A model generated the notes under the pieces. It saw only the letters and a list, made by a program, of their open reading frames with translations, was not told where the DNA came from and searched no databases. This document shows, piece after piece, positions 48,425-59,166 of a stretch of 64,000 nucleotides of DNA. Each line of letters starts with the position of its first letter. Within the stretch, counting starts at the first letter, position 1. The stretch comes from Bacillota bacterium. GTDB lineage: Bacteria; Bacillota; Ch66; Ch109. Location: contig JBMNLH010000004.1 of assembly GCA_050952625.1 (NCBI GenBank), forward strand, positions 288,001 through 352,000, in the 5' to 3' direction. Both the position numbers and the translations under genes were made by a program.

Positions 48425-48785
48425 ATGGCCAAACCTACTTTTAACGAGTTTACGGAAATGCTGGAACAAGCTATAGAGCATATCCCGCCTCGGTTCTGTA
48501 GGGACTTAACTGGCGGCTTTAATGTCCAAAAAGGGAAGAAGCGGGAGGGCCCCTATTATATCCTGGGCGAGTATGTCGAGGGAGACCATCTGGGTTGTTT
48601 CATCATCTTTTATTATGGTTCCTTCGTGGCCCTTACTGGAGAATGAGCCTCGGGAAACCTGGGAAGCAGAGATTATGGATACGGTGCTGCATGAATTGCA
48701 GCATCACCTGGAGGCTAAAGCCGGAAGAGATGATTTAGCCCGTCAGGAAATAGAAGAATTAGCCAAAGCCTTACGTAAAGAGTAG
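48425..48785 (+). pseudogene. Zincin-like metallopeptidase split by a +1 frameshift
   Basis: ORF 48425-48646 (YILGEY, IFYYGSF) continues in the frame of 48522-48785 (HELQHH) if one base near GGCCC ~48630 is removed. Confidence 0.75.
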
Positions 48786-48865
48786 TAGGAAATAGCTTTT
48801 GCGGACCTTAGTAACACTGGGGATGTTATCTGAAAGTTGGCAGAACTAAAAAAGCAGCCGGTAGG

Positions 48866-49144
48866 CTACTTAGGAGGAAAAACATCGTCATGAGTTCCGA
48901 TAATATATAGAGTGTTTATCTGGTCGTTCGCTTCTGAAGTTACCTCGATGATGATACGTACAGACATATTGACACTTATTTCAAAGAAGTTACTCGTTCC
49001 TTGTATTTTCTTATATCGAAGTGAGGGGTGGCTGGGGTCGGAAATGAATAGCTCAATAGCTTTTGCTGCTTGTTTATAAGTTTTTGAGTCTAGTTGCTTA
49101 AATTGTTTATCGAATTTTCTAGTAGATCTGAAGCGTCTGGTCAT
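48866..49144 (-). CDS. RelE/ParE-superfamily toxin
   Basis: TRKFDKQFKQL, PSHPSLRYKKIQG, IGTHD. Confidence 0.8.
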   Translation of the reverse strand: MTRRFRSTRKFDKQFKQLDSKTYKQAAKAIELFISDPSHPSLRYKKIQGTSNFFEISVNMSVRIIIEVTSEANDQINTLYIIGTHDDVFPPK

Positions 49145-49434
49145 TATTTAATACCTTCAAGGAATTGGTTAATGGTATTAAATTCCCGGACATTGCCGGA
49201 ATCAACATCATTTTTAGCTTCAAGCATATCATTTTGAGTAGTTTCGGACCAGAAGTATGCCTGGCTTGAAGGAACGAGTTTCATCGGTTCAATGATGATT
49301 CTATTGTTATCCACCTTAACATCTAGTACATCGCCTTCCTTGATATTAAGTTGTTTTCTAATGTCTCTCGGGATGCTTATGAGGTTTCGTTTCTGAACGA
49401 AAATCTTATGGGAGGTAATTGACATAATAGTCAC
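49144..49434 (-). CDS. AbrB/MazE-type antitoxin
   Basis: ISIPRDIRKQLNIKEGD, SQAYFWS; coupled to the toxin. Confidence 0.85.
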   Translation of the reverse strand: MTIMSITSHKIFVQKRNLISIPRDIRKQLNIKEGDVLDVKVDNNRIIIEPMKLVPSSQAYFWSETTQNDMLEAKNDVDSGNVREFNTINQFLEGIK

Positions 49435-49855
49435 TCCTTTAGTCCTCTATAATCACAGTATATGTGTAATTACGTAATTAGGCAAATGCAAGAGAAAAAT
49501 AACTATTAGGTATTCCTTTGGGGTACCACAGAATAGCATACTTTTTCACAATTTTTATTCTAATTCTAATCTTGGCTAAGCCCAATAGTCCAAAAGCTAT
49601 CGTGCAAGCGATTTCGTTCTTCTTGCGCTTCCATGGGAGATGTTCTTGTACCTTCTCTGTCCAGAAGAACCGTCAGACTGTGTGAAAACGTCCTGTCTTG
49701 ACCTTGAATGTACCCCATAAACCCACCTTTCCATTGTATCTTCTAGTTAAATCCTATCATTTTTGTAGATTTATGGAGAAAAATTTGGTTTTCACACAGT
49801 CTGCCGTCCCTGTGGCTAAAAAGGAAGCAAAAGAACCGTCCCCTTGTTTGCTTTT

Positions 49856-52271
49856 TTACAAAGCATGCACTGCCTCGGCCACGGACCTCATTTTCGTCTT
49901 CTTTAACGGACTGATTACCGACAGGACGGTTATTCCGCTGATAAAGAGCGTGATTCCAATCAATTGGCCGAGAGGAAAATGCCATTGGATATGAAACGAC
50001 GCTAGCCAGGCATTGATCAGGAACCTTTGCAGAAACACCCCCAGGAAACAGCCAATCATACAGCCAGTCAGCGTATAGGTGGCTGATTCGGCCAGGACCA
50101 TTCGGCAGAGCTGACGCCAGGACATGCCAATGGCCCGCATGATCCCCAGGTACCTGGCTTTGGCCGCCACGCTGGTACTCATGGTGTTAAAGATATTGAT
50201 AATGCTGATTAAGGCAATGATCGCTAAGAAGCCGTAGATGAAAACAGCCATGGTGATAAAGGTTTGATCAATCTCGGCATTTTTTTGCCGGGCATCTAAG
50301 AAAGTAATGTCTTCACTCAACAAGCTTTTAATGCCCTGGACAGTTCTCTCCTGATTTCGGCCAGCAATTTGGATGTCCAGGCAATCATACGCGGTCTGGC
50401 CGGTGATTTCGGTGAATAGCTTCTCCGAGGTAATAAACGTGGCCAGGTTCAACTCGGAATCGTTAAATGGCACGGCCCTCAAGATACCAACAACCGTAAA
50501 TTCTTTGGTTCCACCGGGTGTCTCAATGTAGACTTTATCACCCACCTGCAAGTTGGTGGTGGTCGTGGAAGTATTATTTCTTTGATTCAGAGCGACGGCA
50601 ATGAGGCCGTGGTTCTGGTTGAGCTGCTCTTCCGTGAATACCCCGTCGATTAAATCGGACTGGGCCCATTTCATCTGTTGCTGATCGTAGGAAATCAGCC
50701 AGGAACGCTCCAACGGTACCAAGAGGCCGTTTTCTGTTGTCGTTATCCCGTTTATGCTTTCTCTATAACTGTCAGTTAATTTTTCAGCGGCAAAAGTGGC
50801 CTCGACATGGGCAAACATTCTTCCATAGACTCGGTCTACCCCCTCGATGTTACTTAACCGGGCAGATAGATCACTCGGTAGACCCTGGGTTGAGGTCAGA
50901 GACAAATCCGGCGTATACGGCTTGGTCGTTTTCAGAGCGGTGTGCATAAAATCAACGAAAACCTGAAATCCCATAAACAAGATAATGCTGATGGCGATGG
51001 AACTGGCCATTAACCAGAAGGTTCTCCTGGTTCGCCGGGCGTTAGTAACCCCCATGGCGATTTCCACCGTCAACCGCTGCATCAGCCAGCCGGCTTTTTT
51101 CTTGACCGGCGGCTTGATGTCGTTGCTGCCGGTGACGGCATTGATGGGCGAAACCCGGGCCGCCTTGCGGGCCGGCCCAAAGGAAGCGATTAGGACCGTT
51201 AGAAAACCAATGCTAATCCCGGCACTTATCCCCACCAGGCTGAAATTGAACAGCGGAATGGCCCCAAACAGACTCTGGTTATAGAACTTGAGGATCGCAC
51301 AACAAATAAAGGTCATCACCATTCCCGCCAAAACCCCGATGGGAATGGCGCGCAGGGTAATCGTCAGCCCTTCTCGGCGCACCAGCCGGCTGATTTGCGC
51401 CCGGGAGGCTCCGATACACCGCAACATGCCAAACTGGCGAATCCTTTCCAGCACCGAGATGTTAAACGTGTTATAAATCATGAGTACCCCCGGCGATCAG
51501 GACCAGCGTGAACAAAACAGCCCCAATTTTGTAAAAATCAAGGACCGCATTATGATCACTTTGGCCGATGAGGGCCAGCAAGTGGGTATTGCGCTCGATT
51601 CGGTCCTCCGCAATCCCTAGATCCGCCTTGATTTCCTGTTCTGCTCGCCGGATATTAGCCCCGTCTTTAAATTCAATTAAAAAGATGCTTTTTTCGGCCC
51701 GTTGCAACTGATGGGCCCCGCTAACTGACAGGAGCACTCCGGGAATCCCTTGCGCTTTCATAACGCCGAGGTCGTAAAAAAGCCCGCTGACCCGGAATTC
51801 TCGTTCCGGTGCGTCGGGAAAAGACAGGCGGACGTAATCGCCAACCTTCAGGTTTAATTGATGGCTTTCAGCCGCCCACTGTTCCAGCATGATTTCATCA
51901 GGAGCAAGCGGATAATCGCCTTGCAGCAGTTGAACATTCATGTTGCCGGCAAATTGTTGATCCAGGGCCCCCAGTTCACAGGCCACCCCATTCAGCCGGG
52001 CCGACCCTAACATTGTCCAGGCGCCCGAATTTTGGACATCAATACGGCTGCTAATGGTCCTGACCTCCGACTCGGAGGCATTGAAGATCGCGAGGTGATA
52101 ATTCCCGCGGTCGTGCATTATTTGGATTTTTTCAAATTCGATTAATACGTCCAACATTGAAAAAATACCGGTAATGAGGGCGACCGAGATCGCGACGCTG
52201 ATAATGGTCAGCCGGGTTTTTTTGCGGTGAGCGGCTAGATATTTAGGGACCAGTGCCAGATAGTGTTTCAT
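49856..52271 (-). pseudogene. FtsX-type ABC permease split into ORFs 51471-52271 and 49856-51481 by a frameshift
   Basis: G5 run (plus-strand C5 at 51487-51491); removing one G gives continuous IAGVLMIYNTFNISVLER. Confidence 0.8.
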
Positions 52272-52966
52272 TTTGCACCCCTCCCCAGTTCCTGGACAAG
52301 GCCATCTTCTATCTGAAATACCCGGTCCGCCAGGGCCGCGTAGTTTTGATTGTGGGTAATGACCAGCAGGGTTTGGTTATAGCGGTCCACGGACAGCCGC
52401 AATAAATCCATAACCTCCCGGCTGTTTTTACTGTCCAGATTGCCGGTTGGTTCATCGGCTAGAATCAAGGCCGGTTTGGTGGCCAGAGCGCGCCCAATGG
52501 CCACCCGCTGCTGCTGCCCGCCAGACAACTGCCCGGGCAAATGGTGTTTTCGATCCATCAATCCCAGAACGCTCAGCAGTTCGTCGATAAAGCGGCGGTC
52601 CGGCTTTTTATAATCCAACAGCAGGGGCAGGACAATGTTTTCTTCCACATTCAGCTCAGGGACTAGATTATAGGCCTGAAAGATGAAGCCAATGCTGCGT
52701 CGCCGGAAAACCGCCAATTCCTCTTCCGGCAGGGTATAAATATCCAGGCCGTTGATGATTACCCGGCCAGCGGTCGGGGTATCCAGGCCGCCAATCAAGT
52801 GCAACAGGGTGCTTTTTCCAGCCCCCGATTCCCCGACAATCGAGACAAATTCCCCTCGCGCCACAGAAAAAGTGGCCCCCTTCAAGGCCTCCACCCGGGT
52901 TTCGCCGGAACCATAAGTTTTGGACAATTGATCAATTCTCAGGATTTCCATGCTTCCACCTCGCAT
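52268..52966 (-). CDS. ABC transporter ATP-binding protein (LolD/MacB-like)
   Basis: [33 protein letters not shown]. Confidence 0.95.
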   Translation of the reverse strand: MRGGSMEILRIDQLSKTYGSGETRVEALKGATFSVARGEFVSIVGESGAGKSTLLHLIGGLDTPTAGRVIINGLDIYTLPEEELAVFRRRSIGFIFQAYNLVPELNVEENIVLPLLLDYKKPDRRFIDELLSVLGLMDRKHHLPGQLSGGQQQRVAIGRALATKPALILADEPTGNLDSKNSREVMDLLRLSVDRYNQTLLVITHNQNYAALADRVFQIEDGLVQELGRGAK

Positions 52967-53024
52967 ATCCTATCTTCTGCTAGTTAAGATAGCACCCCAA
53001 ACTTACCTGAAGATGAATTTAGAC

Positions 53025-54275
53025 TTACAATTTTGTAAGCTTGGGCAGATGCACGGTGAAGCGGGTACCTTGTTCCGCACTGCTTTCTACGTTCAGGAAA
53101 CCCCCATGCAAGTCAATGACGGATTTGGTCAGGGTCAGCCCGATGCCGATGCCCGGCTTATCCTGCGAGAATCGGCTGCGGTAAAATCTTTTAAAGATAT
53201 GGTTGAGATCATCGGGGTGAATGCCCGGCCCGTTGTCCCAGACGGTTATCTTGACAAATAACGGGGTTTCTTCCACTCGGATTTGGATCTGATCACCAGG
53301 GTTGGTATGTTCTACCGCATTCTTGACCAGGTTGCTGATGGCCTCCAACAGCCATTGTCGGTCGCCAGAATAGGAGACGCGGCTGTCGGCCAGGATGGCC
53401 AAACGTTTTTGTTCTAATTGCAGTCTGGTTTCAAAGGTCGCCGCGATTTGCCGGAGCAGATCGTTGATCACAACTGGACTCAGCTTCAGTTCGATCATGC
53501 CGGCATCGAGCCGGGCTAATTTGAGAAGATTGGTAATCAGGGTTTGCATGCGTTCCAATTCCTGGGCGCTTTTGGTTAGGAAATTCAAGACGTTTTCGTT
53601 GCCGGATTTTTCACTCTGCATAATCTCGTTATACAGCATCAGGGCGGACAAAGGGGTCTTGAGTTGGTGGGAAATGTTGGTTATAGTTTCCTTGAGAAAC
53701 AACCGGCTTTGCCTTTCTTTCTCGATGTGGGTTTGCAGGGTAGCGGTTACCCGGTCGATGGCGGCGGCTAGTTTCGCTAAATCACCTTCATCCTGGCGAT
53801 CAAGCCTGATCAACGCTTTTCCATTAGTGATGTTTTCCACCGCCAGGGTGTAGCTGGCCAGTTGCTGATAAAGCTTGCGTAAGAAATGATAGACAACGAA
53901 CACTATGGTCAAGGCCAGGCAGGTCAAAAACACCAGGCAGGTGGCGCGGAGGCTTTGAAAAAACTGCGCTGCCTCCGGCACCAACTGCAAGGCAACGGTA
54001 TCTTTATACCCGGCTTTTTCGAGCAGCGCCTGCCCGGCCGCGAGATGGTCAGGTGATTTAGCCGCGGTAAAGGCGGCGGCAATTTCTGAATCAGCCAATT
54101 TCGCCGGCTCTTGAATCAAGTATCCGGCGATCATATAATCATGCTTTATCAGCTGATTTTTATATTGAGCAGCCGTCAGCTGGGTGATTGCTAGCAGAAG
54201 GACAAAGCTGCCCAGAAAAACCACCCCGAATATTAAAAATAACCTTTTGACCTCTCGGTTGGCGAAGATCTCCAT
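53025..54275 (-). CDS. Sensor histidine kinase
   Basis: ISHQLKTPL H-box, NLVKNA, DNGPGI, GIGIGL. Confidence 0.95.
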   Translation of the reverse strand: MEIFANREVKRLFLIFGVVFLGSFVLLLAITQLTAAQYKNQLIKHDYMIAGYLIQEPAKLADSEIAAAFTAAKSPDHLAAGQALLEKAGYKDTVALQLVPEAAQFFQSLRATCLVFLTCLALTIVFVVYHFLRKLYQQLASYTLAVENITNGKALIRLDRQDEGDLAKLAAAIDRVTATLQTHIEKERQSRLFLKETITNISHQLKTPLSALMLYNEIMQSEKSGNENVLNFLTKSAQELERMQTLITNLLKLARLDAGMIELKLSPVVINDLLRQIAATFETRLQLEQKRLAILADSRVSYSGDRQWLLEAISNLVKNAVEHTNPGDQIQIRVEETPLFVKITVWDNGPGIHPDDLNHIFKRFYRSRFSQDKPGIGIGLTLTKSVIDLHGGFLNVESSAEQGTRFTVHLPKLTKL

Positions 54276-54302
54276 AATTGCGATAATTGCTCCTTTATAC
54301 CT

Positions 54303-54995
54303 TTATACAATATTCCATTTATAGCCCATCCCCCGGACGGTAATTAAAAACCTCGGCTGTTTCGGGGTGTCTTCGATTTTGTCCCGTAATCGGCTGATAT
54401 AGACCGCCAGGGTATTGTCATCAATGAAGCTATCCTGACCCCAGAGTCTTTGGCGGATCTGTTCCTTGGATAAAAGCAACCGGGGATTTTGCATGAAAAG
54501 GCATAAAAGCCGGTATTCCGCCGAGGTCAACTCAAGATCGCTGCCGCTTTTCATGACCCGGCCTTCTAAAAGGTTCACGGTAATCCCATTGGAGCTTAAT
54601 TCACTGATTTGGCGAGGCCTAGCAGCGGATCTTCTTAATACAGCCTGGATCCGGGAAATCAGTTCATTAAGTTTAAACGGTTTGGCAACATAATCATCCC
54701 CGCCAAGATCCAGGCCCATCACCACATTTACTTCTTCATCGGCGGCGGTTAGAAAGATAATCGGTACGCTGGAAATCTGCCGGATCACTTTACATAATTC
54801 AAACCCGCTGCCATCGGGCAGCATGAGATCTAACAGAACCAGATCAATGCTATTCTGGCTAAAAGATTCTTTAGCCTCCGCTATGGTCCTGGCCACCGTA
54901 ACCTCAAAGCCCTGCTTTTTCAGGGAGAAACTCAGACCGTCAATGAGACTTAAATCGTCTTCAACTAGCAGTAATTTATACATAAATGACCTCAT
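54303..54995 (-). CDS. OmpR-family response regulator
   Basis: LLVEDD, LLDLMLPD, KPF, ITVRGMGY. Confidence 0.95.
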   Translation of the reverse strand: MRSFMYKLLLVEDDLSLIDGLSFSLKKQGFEVTVARTIAEAKESFSQNSIDLVLLDLMLPDGSGFELCKVIRQISSVPIIFLTAADEEVNVVMGLDLGGDDYVAKPFKLNELISRIQAVLRRSAARPRQISELSSNGITVNLLEGRVMKSGSDLELTSAEYRLLCLFMQNPRLLLSKEQIRQRLWGQDSFIDDNTLAVYISRLRDKIEDTPKQPRFLITVRGMGYKWNIV

Positions 54996-55398
54996 TAATT
55001 AAAATAACTAAATCAAGTACTCAGTAATAAAGATTCTGGAATAGCAGCTTTAATCCTGCAAAATATCATAATATTGTTTTGAAAAGAGCTCCAAACTTTC
55101 AGAAGCTTCCGGGTTTGTTTGTCACTCCCGAAAACTTTTTATCAAAGTACTATACATAAGGTAGTTGTTATTGATAAGCTTATTGGTTATAATATAATTA
55201 CGGCTGATGTTGGAACGTCTGTTACCACGCGAGCATCTTCTTGTATGCTATCAGCCTAAATCTTTTCAAAAACATGGCTTATTTTTTGGCCATGTCTTTT
55301 TGTCTTTTAGCGTACTACAGGGACATCCCCTTGTTGGCTTGTTTTATACAATAAAATATAGTAACATGAAAAAGATCTCTTTGAAGGAGGTGGTAAAG

Positions 55399-55560
55399 AT
55401 GTGTGCTTTTGCTGGAAGACAAATGGCGGCTGTCCGGATGATTTTCGGTAGTGCTGCAGTTTATCGGGAAAGGTTAGCCTATATCAACCAATTAAATTAT
55501 AATAATTCCGGAGAAGGCACATCTTTATTACTACCCTTTTTCATATCCATAATATTTTAA
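55399..55560 (+). CDS. Putative leader peptide (53 aa) upstream of the MFS gene
   Basis: Strong RBS AAGGAGGTG; followed by a terminator before the MFS start. Confidence 0.45.
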   Translation: MCAFAGRQMAAVRMIFGSAAVYRERLAYINQLNYNNSGEGTSLLLPFFISIIF

Positions 55561-55600
55561 GTTATAGGATTCGCATTATGAATTATAGGCTTAGTATGAT

Positions 55601-55630
55601 GAAGACGGTGGTGCATTCTGCCGTTTTTTT
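55601..55630 (+). terminator. Terminator/attenuator upstream of the MFS gene
   Basis: GAAGACGGTGG-TGCATT-CTGCCGTTTTT hairpin followed by T residues. Confidence 0.6.
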
Positions 55631-55666
55631 GTGTCTTTCTTCCAGAAATGAAGAAAGGACGGTTTT

Positions 55667-56890
55667 ATGAACACAAACCTGCAACCGGACAATGATTCTG
55701 CCTGGCAGAAGAAGATAGCTTTATTTTTAATCAGTCAGAATTTATCGCTATTCGGTTCCTCAGTGGTTAGCTTCGCCATTATTTGGCATATCACTCTGCA
55801 AACCTCATCCGGTTTTTGGGTAATGCTGTTTACCATTTGCTCCTTATTGCCTCAGGTGCTGATTTCTCTCTGGGCCGGCGTCTGGGCGGACCGGTATAAT
55901 CGTAAATACCTCATTATGCTGGCGGATGGTTTCATTGCCCTGGCCACGCTAGGTCTGGCAATTGCTTATTGGGTCGGGTATCAGAAAATGGAGCTGCTTT
56001 TAGTTATTTCCCTGATCCGCTCAATTGGGGCCGGGATTCAAATGCCCGCGGCTAGTGCGGTGTACCCGCAGATCGTGCCGCTGGAAAAGTTGACCAGGGT
56101 GCAGGGGATTAATCAAACTTTAAGTTCCGTGTTAATGCTGCTCTCTCCCGCTGTGGGCGGTATTGTACTCGGGTTTTTGGGGATTACCTGGGCATTTATG
56201 GTGGATGTGGTCACTGCTTCACTAGCAATCGCGGTTCTCAGCTTTCTTCGTCTCGAAAAGGTGGCTCGGTTCGGGGAAATCGCTCCGGTGTTTACCGAAT
56301 TGCGCCAGGGGATAAGCTACGCCCTTAATCACCAGCTATTAAAGCGAGTTTTAATCTGTTTTGGGGTGTCTTTTTTCCTGTCCACCCCGGCGGCGGTATT
56401 GACCCCATTATTGGTAGAACGCAGTTTTGGCAGCGATGTTTGGCGACTGACCGCCAATGAAGTAGTTTGGACGATTGGTTCTTTAGTGGGCGGGGTCTTT
56501 GTCTCCCTGCACGGTGAATTTAAAGATAAAATCCGTACCGCGGCCATCTGTTTAGTAAGCTTCGGCATCACTTTCGCTCTCCTGGGCATTGCCAATAATT
56601 TCACTATTTATTTGCTTATTATGGGTATAGCCGGTTTCTTCATGCCGATTATCGCCACCGCGCAAACAGTATTGATTCAGCAGAATGTCGAAGGTGCCAT
56701 GATGGGGCGGGTGTTTTCATTTGTCCAAATCGTTGCCGGCAGCGCAATGCCAATCGCCATCTTGCTTTTCGGCCCCCTGGCAGATATCATATCAATCAAT
56801 TCGATTTTATCGGTATCAGGTGCCCTGCTCGCCATAACCGGTATTTGGTACAACCACGGGGACGGTTCTTGTGGCAGGGGGTATCAATGA
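55667..56890 (+). CDS. MFS transporter, DHA3/Mef-like efflux family
   Basis: SQNLSLFGSS...FAIIWHIT, AGVWADRYNRK, MGRVFS; ~12 TMs. Confidence 0.88.
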   Translation: MNTNLQPDNDSAWQKKIALFLISQNLSLFGSSVVSFAIIWHITLQTSSGFWVMLFTICSLLPQVLISLWAGVWADRYNRKYLIMLADGFIALATLGLAIAYWVGYQKMELLLVISLIRSIGAGIQMPAASAVYPQIVPLEKLTRVQGINQTLSSVLMLLSPAVGGIVLGFLGITWAFMVDVVTASLAIAVLSFLRLEKVARFGEIAPVFTELRQGISYALNHQLLKRVLICFGVSFFLSTPAAVLTPLLVERSFGSDVWRLTANEVVWTIGSLVGGVFVSLHGEFKDKIRTAAICLVSFGITFALLGIANNFTIYLLIMGIAGFFMPIIATAQTVLIQQNVEGAMMGRVFSFVQIVAGSAMPIAILLFGPLADIISINSILSVSGALLAITGIWYNHGDGSCGRGYQ

Positions 56891-57062
56891 CAATTATCAA
56901 TATGAGTGTCCCGCAAATGCTCGGGTTTGCTGCCCTGGTCGCCAAAGCTGCCGAATTACTGCCGCAATACAAGACATTGAGGAAAAAGTGTTGACACAAA
57001 ACCCCAGCACGATTGTAGATAAGTTGTGCCGGGGTTCCTTTTTGTCAATGACTTTGCAATCC

Positions 57063-57154
57063 GTTGATAAGAATAGTTATCTCGAATACGCTCTGGGTTA
57101 TATAATTTAATATTCGACAAATTTCGGAGAGGGACAGACCCCGTTTAGGAGAAA
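57063..57154 (+). repeat. ~90-bp direct repeat flanking the Rpn-like gene (copy 1)
   Basis: GTTGATAAGAA.AGTTATCTCGAATAC...TATTCGACAAA...GAGGGACAGACCCC.TTTAGGAGAAA also at 58687-58774, partial at ~63647-63673. Confidence 0.8.
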
Positions 57155-57216
57155 CTGGAAAGACGACAACCTTCCGGTTTCTTCCTATAGATGCAGGGTT
57201 AAAAAGCTACCCAGTC

Positions 57217-58155
57217 TTAATTTAATGCCTCAATGACTTTAGCTGCATCATTAATATTATCAGCGACTATTAGTTCCTCAATAAACCTGTCTAAGGCAGT
57301 TTCATCGGTTATCTTCCTTACTCTTTCCTGCAGTTCCGTTGATTCTGGGCCAAATTTTTTAGCCAACAACTTACATATCGATTCTTGTTTTCCTTCCGTT
57401 CTACCCTTCTCCATGCCTTTTCGCATGCCCTTTCGCATACCCTTCTCCTCAAACTCTCGGTACAGCTCCTGAAATGGTTGGGCCATTCTTAACACCTCCA
57501 ATATCTTGGATTTCTCTGGTTCCTGCAACAAACTGTAGTTGGTTCCTACCATGGCCCCAATCAGGTAGTAGCCCATATCTTTTTCCGGGTAGTTTTCCAG
57601 CACTTCTGTCATTTCTAAGGCCCGTCGGGACCGACTGCTGATTTTACTGCTCATCATTGGTAAAAGGATAATCTTCATTTTATCCAGATTCCTTAAGGGT
57701 TCTCCTCTTAGGATCCGATCCTTTAACTCAAGGAATACTTGATCTCCATCAAAGTCTTTTTCCAGGTAGATAACGGACTGGGTCTGACGGATTGAGCCAA
57801 TATCCAAGGGCTCAGGTGCTTGCTTAATTCCAGCACCATAGATAACAATGCGGTGGATTTTTTGTCTGCGTTGTTTATAAAGTTCCAAATCGTAATGACC
57901 ATAGCGGATTTGATCATCTAGAGTTGGTTCGCTGGATTCGAACTCTAGATGGGCGATGGTATTATCAGCTAAGATAAAGTTGATGTCCATATCACGGTCT
58001 TTAACTTCAATCAATGGTACTTTGGTTTGAATTACATCGACGATCTTTGCTAGTTTTAAGTCATAGAATTCTAATATTTCATCTTTAAAGGTTACGCTTA
58101 GGGAGCGCAAAGCTATGTCTTTATGGTGATAAGGAATCTTTAGTTCTGCACTAAT
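57217..58155 (-). CDS. Rpn/YhgA-like PD-(D/E)XK nuclease-domain protein with DUF4351-like tail
   Basis: MDINF...AHLEFES PD-(D/E)XK-like core; EKGMRKGMRKGMEKGRTEG repeats; in-frame ATT at 58155 six nt after AAGGGGAGG (ORF track starts at TTG 58110). Confidence 0.8.
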   Translation of the reverse strand: MSAELKIPYHHKDIALRSLSVTFKDEILEFYDLKLAKIVDVIQTKVPLIEVKDRDMDINFILADNTIAHLEFESSEPTLDDQIRYGHYDLELYKQRRQKIHRIVIYGAGIKQAPEPLDIGSIRQTQSVIYLEKDFDGDQVFLELKDRILRGEPLRNLDKMKIILLPMMSSKISSRSRRALEMTEVLENYPEKDMGYYLIGAMVGTNYSLLQEPEKSKILEVLRMAQPFQELYREFEEKGMRKGMRKGMEKGRTEGKQESICKLLAKKFGPESTELQERVRKITDETALDRFIEELIVADNINDAAKVIEALN

Positions 58156-58300
58156 AGGTATCCTCCCCTTATTGTTATTTTACCAGGTTGTAAGGGTTAA
58201 AGTAAATTTACAGCTAACAATGAAAATACGTTAAGGAACCGGTAACTTGGTATCTTTTCTTTCTCGTTTTTCAAGGGTGTTTACCTAGCCGGCTTAGCTG

Positions 58301-58340
58301 AACCTCCCCAATGGCTAAAGCTAGGGAGTTCTAAGCCCCT
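58301..58340. repeat. Solo IS200/IS605-type end hairpin
   Basis: CTCCCCAATGGCTAAAGCTAGGGAG hairpin. Confidence 0.4.
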
Positions 58341-58686
58341 GTATTGGCTTACCATGAATATTTCCCTGTCTTCGTTCCTCTCTCAGCCGAACTTCTCCAG
58401 CCATCTGGCAACCTATACCATTAGTTTACCATACAATCTTCTCGAACACAAGTTCTATCAGGCCTAATCAGCAAAGAATTATGCATAGTGTAAAATTGTT
58501 ACAGGAAAAAAGAAACTAGAAACTACACTTTTTGGTAAAATAAATTAATAGAGGTGGTAGAGCCACAACTTTGTTTTCAAAAGACAACTTGCATAATCAA
58601 AAAAAGAAAACATTGAAAAAATAAAAATATACTTCGATCCAGAGCTTAATATTCCTAATCCCAGAAGGAGAAGGTATAAACGTACT

Positions 58687-58774
58687 GTTGATAAGAACAG
58701 TTATCTCGAATACATTCTGGTTATATCTAATATTCGACAAAATTCGGGGAGGGACAGACCCCATTTAGGAGAAA
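58687..58774 (+). repeat. ~90-bp direct repeat flanking the Rpn-like gene (copy 2)
   Basis: Near-identical to 57063-57154. Confidence 0.8.
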
Positions 58775-58893
58775 TCCCGCCTCGACCGCAAGACCACCAA
58801 GGAAGGCCGCTGGGGAAGAAGGGTGCCGTTTATAGTAATTGATGTTAAAAGAAAACCACCTTTTGAGATTAGGGTGGTTTTATATCATTTGCT

Positions 58894-59166
58894 TTAAAAT
58901 AAATCGCTATGGGTTCCTGTTCGTGTCAAGGATAACGTCAAGATGTCCTTTTCAATTTTATATATGAGCAACCAGTCAGGGGTAATGTGGCATTCCCGGT
59001 GACCGCTGTAATCACCCGAAAGCGGATGGTCAAAGTATTTTTGAGGAAGGGGTTTTTCCTGAACAAGAATATTTAGCACTTCCTCTAAAAGTTTTACATT
59101 ATAACCTCGTTTTACAATGGTTTTGAAATCCTTTTTAAATCTAGTGGAGTATCTGATTTTAAGCAT
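58894..59166 (-). CDS. yafQ: YafQ-family toxin
   Basis: STRFKKDFK, DHPLSG...RECHITPDWLLIY, RTGTHSDLF; ATG overlaps the antitoxin end. Confidence 0.92.
   Translation of the reverse strand: MLKIRYSTRFKKDFKTIVKRGYNVKLLEEVLNILVQEKPLPQKYFDHPLSGDYSGHRECHITPDWLLIYKIEKDILTLSLTRTGTHSDLF

Noticed and set aside
55207-55398. N-terminal extension of the 117-aa ORF
   Set aside because: The strong RBS sits before the ATG at 55399; the upstream part looks like promoter DNA.
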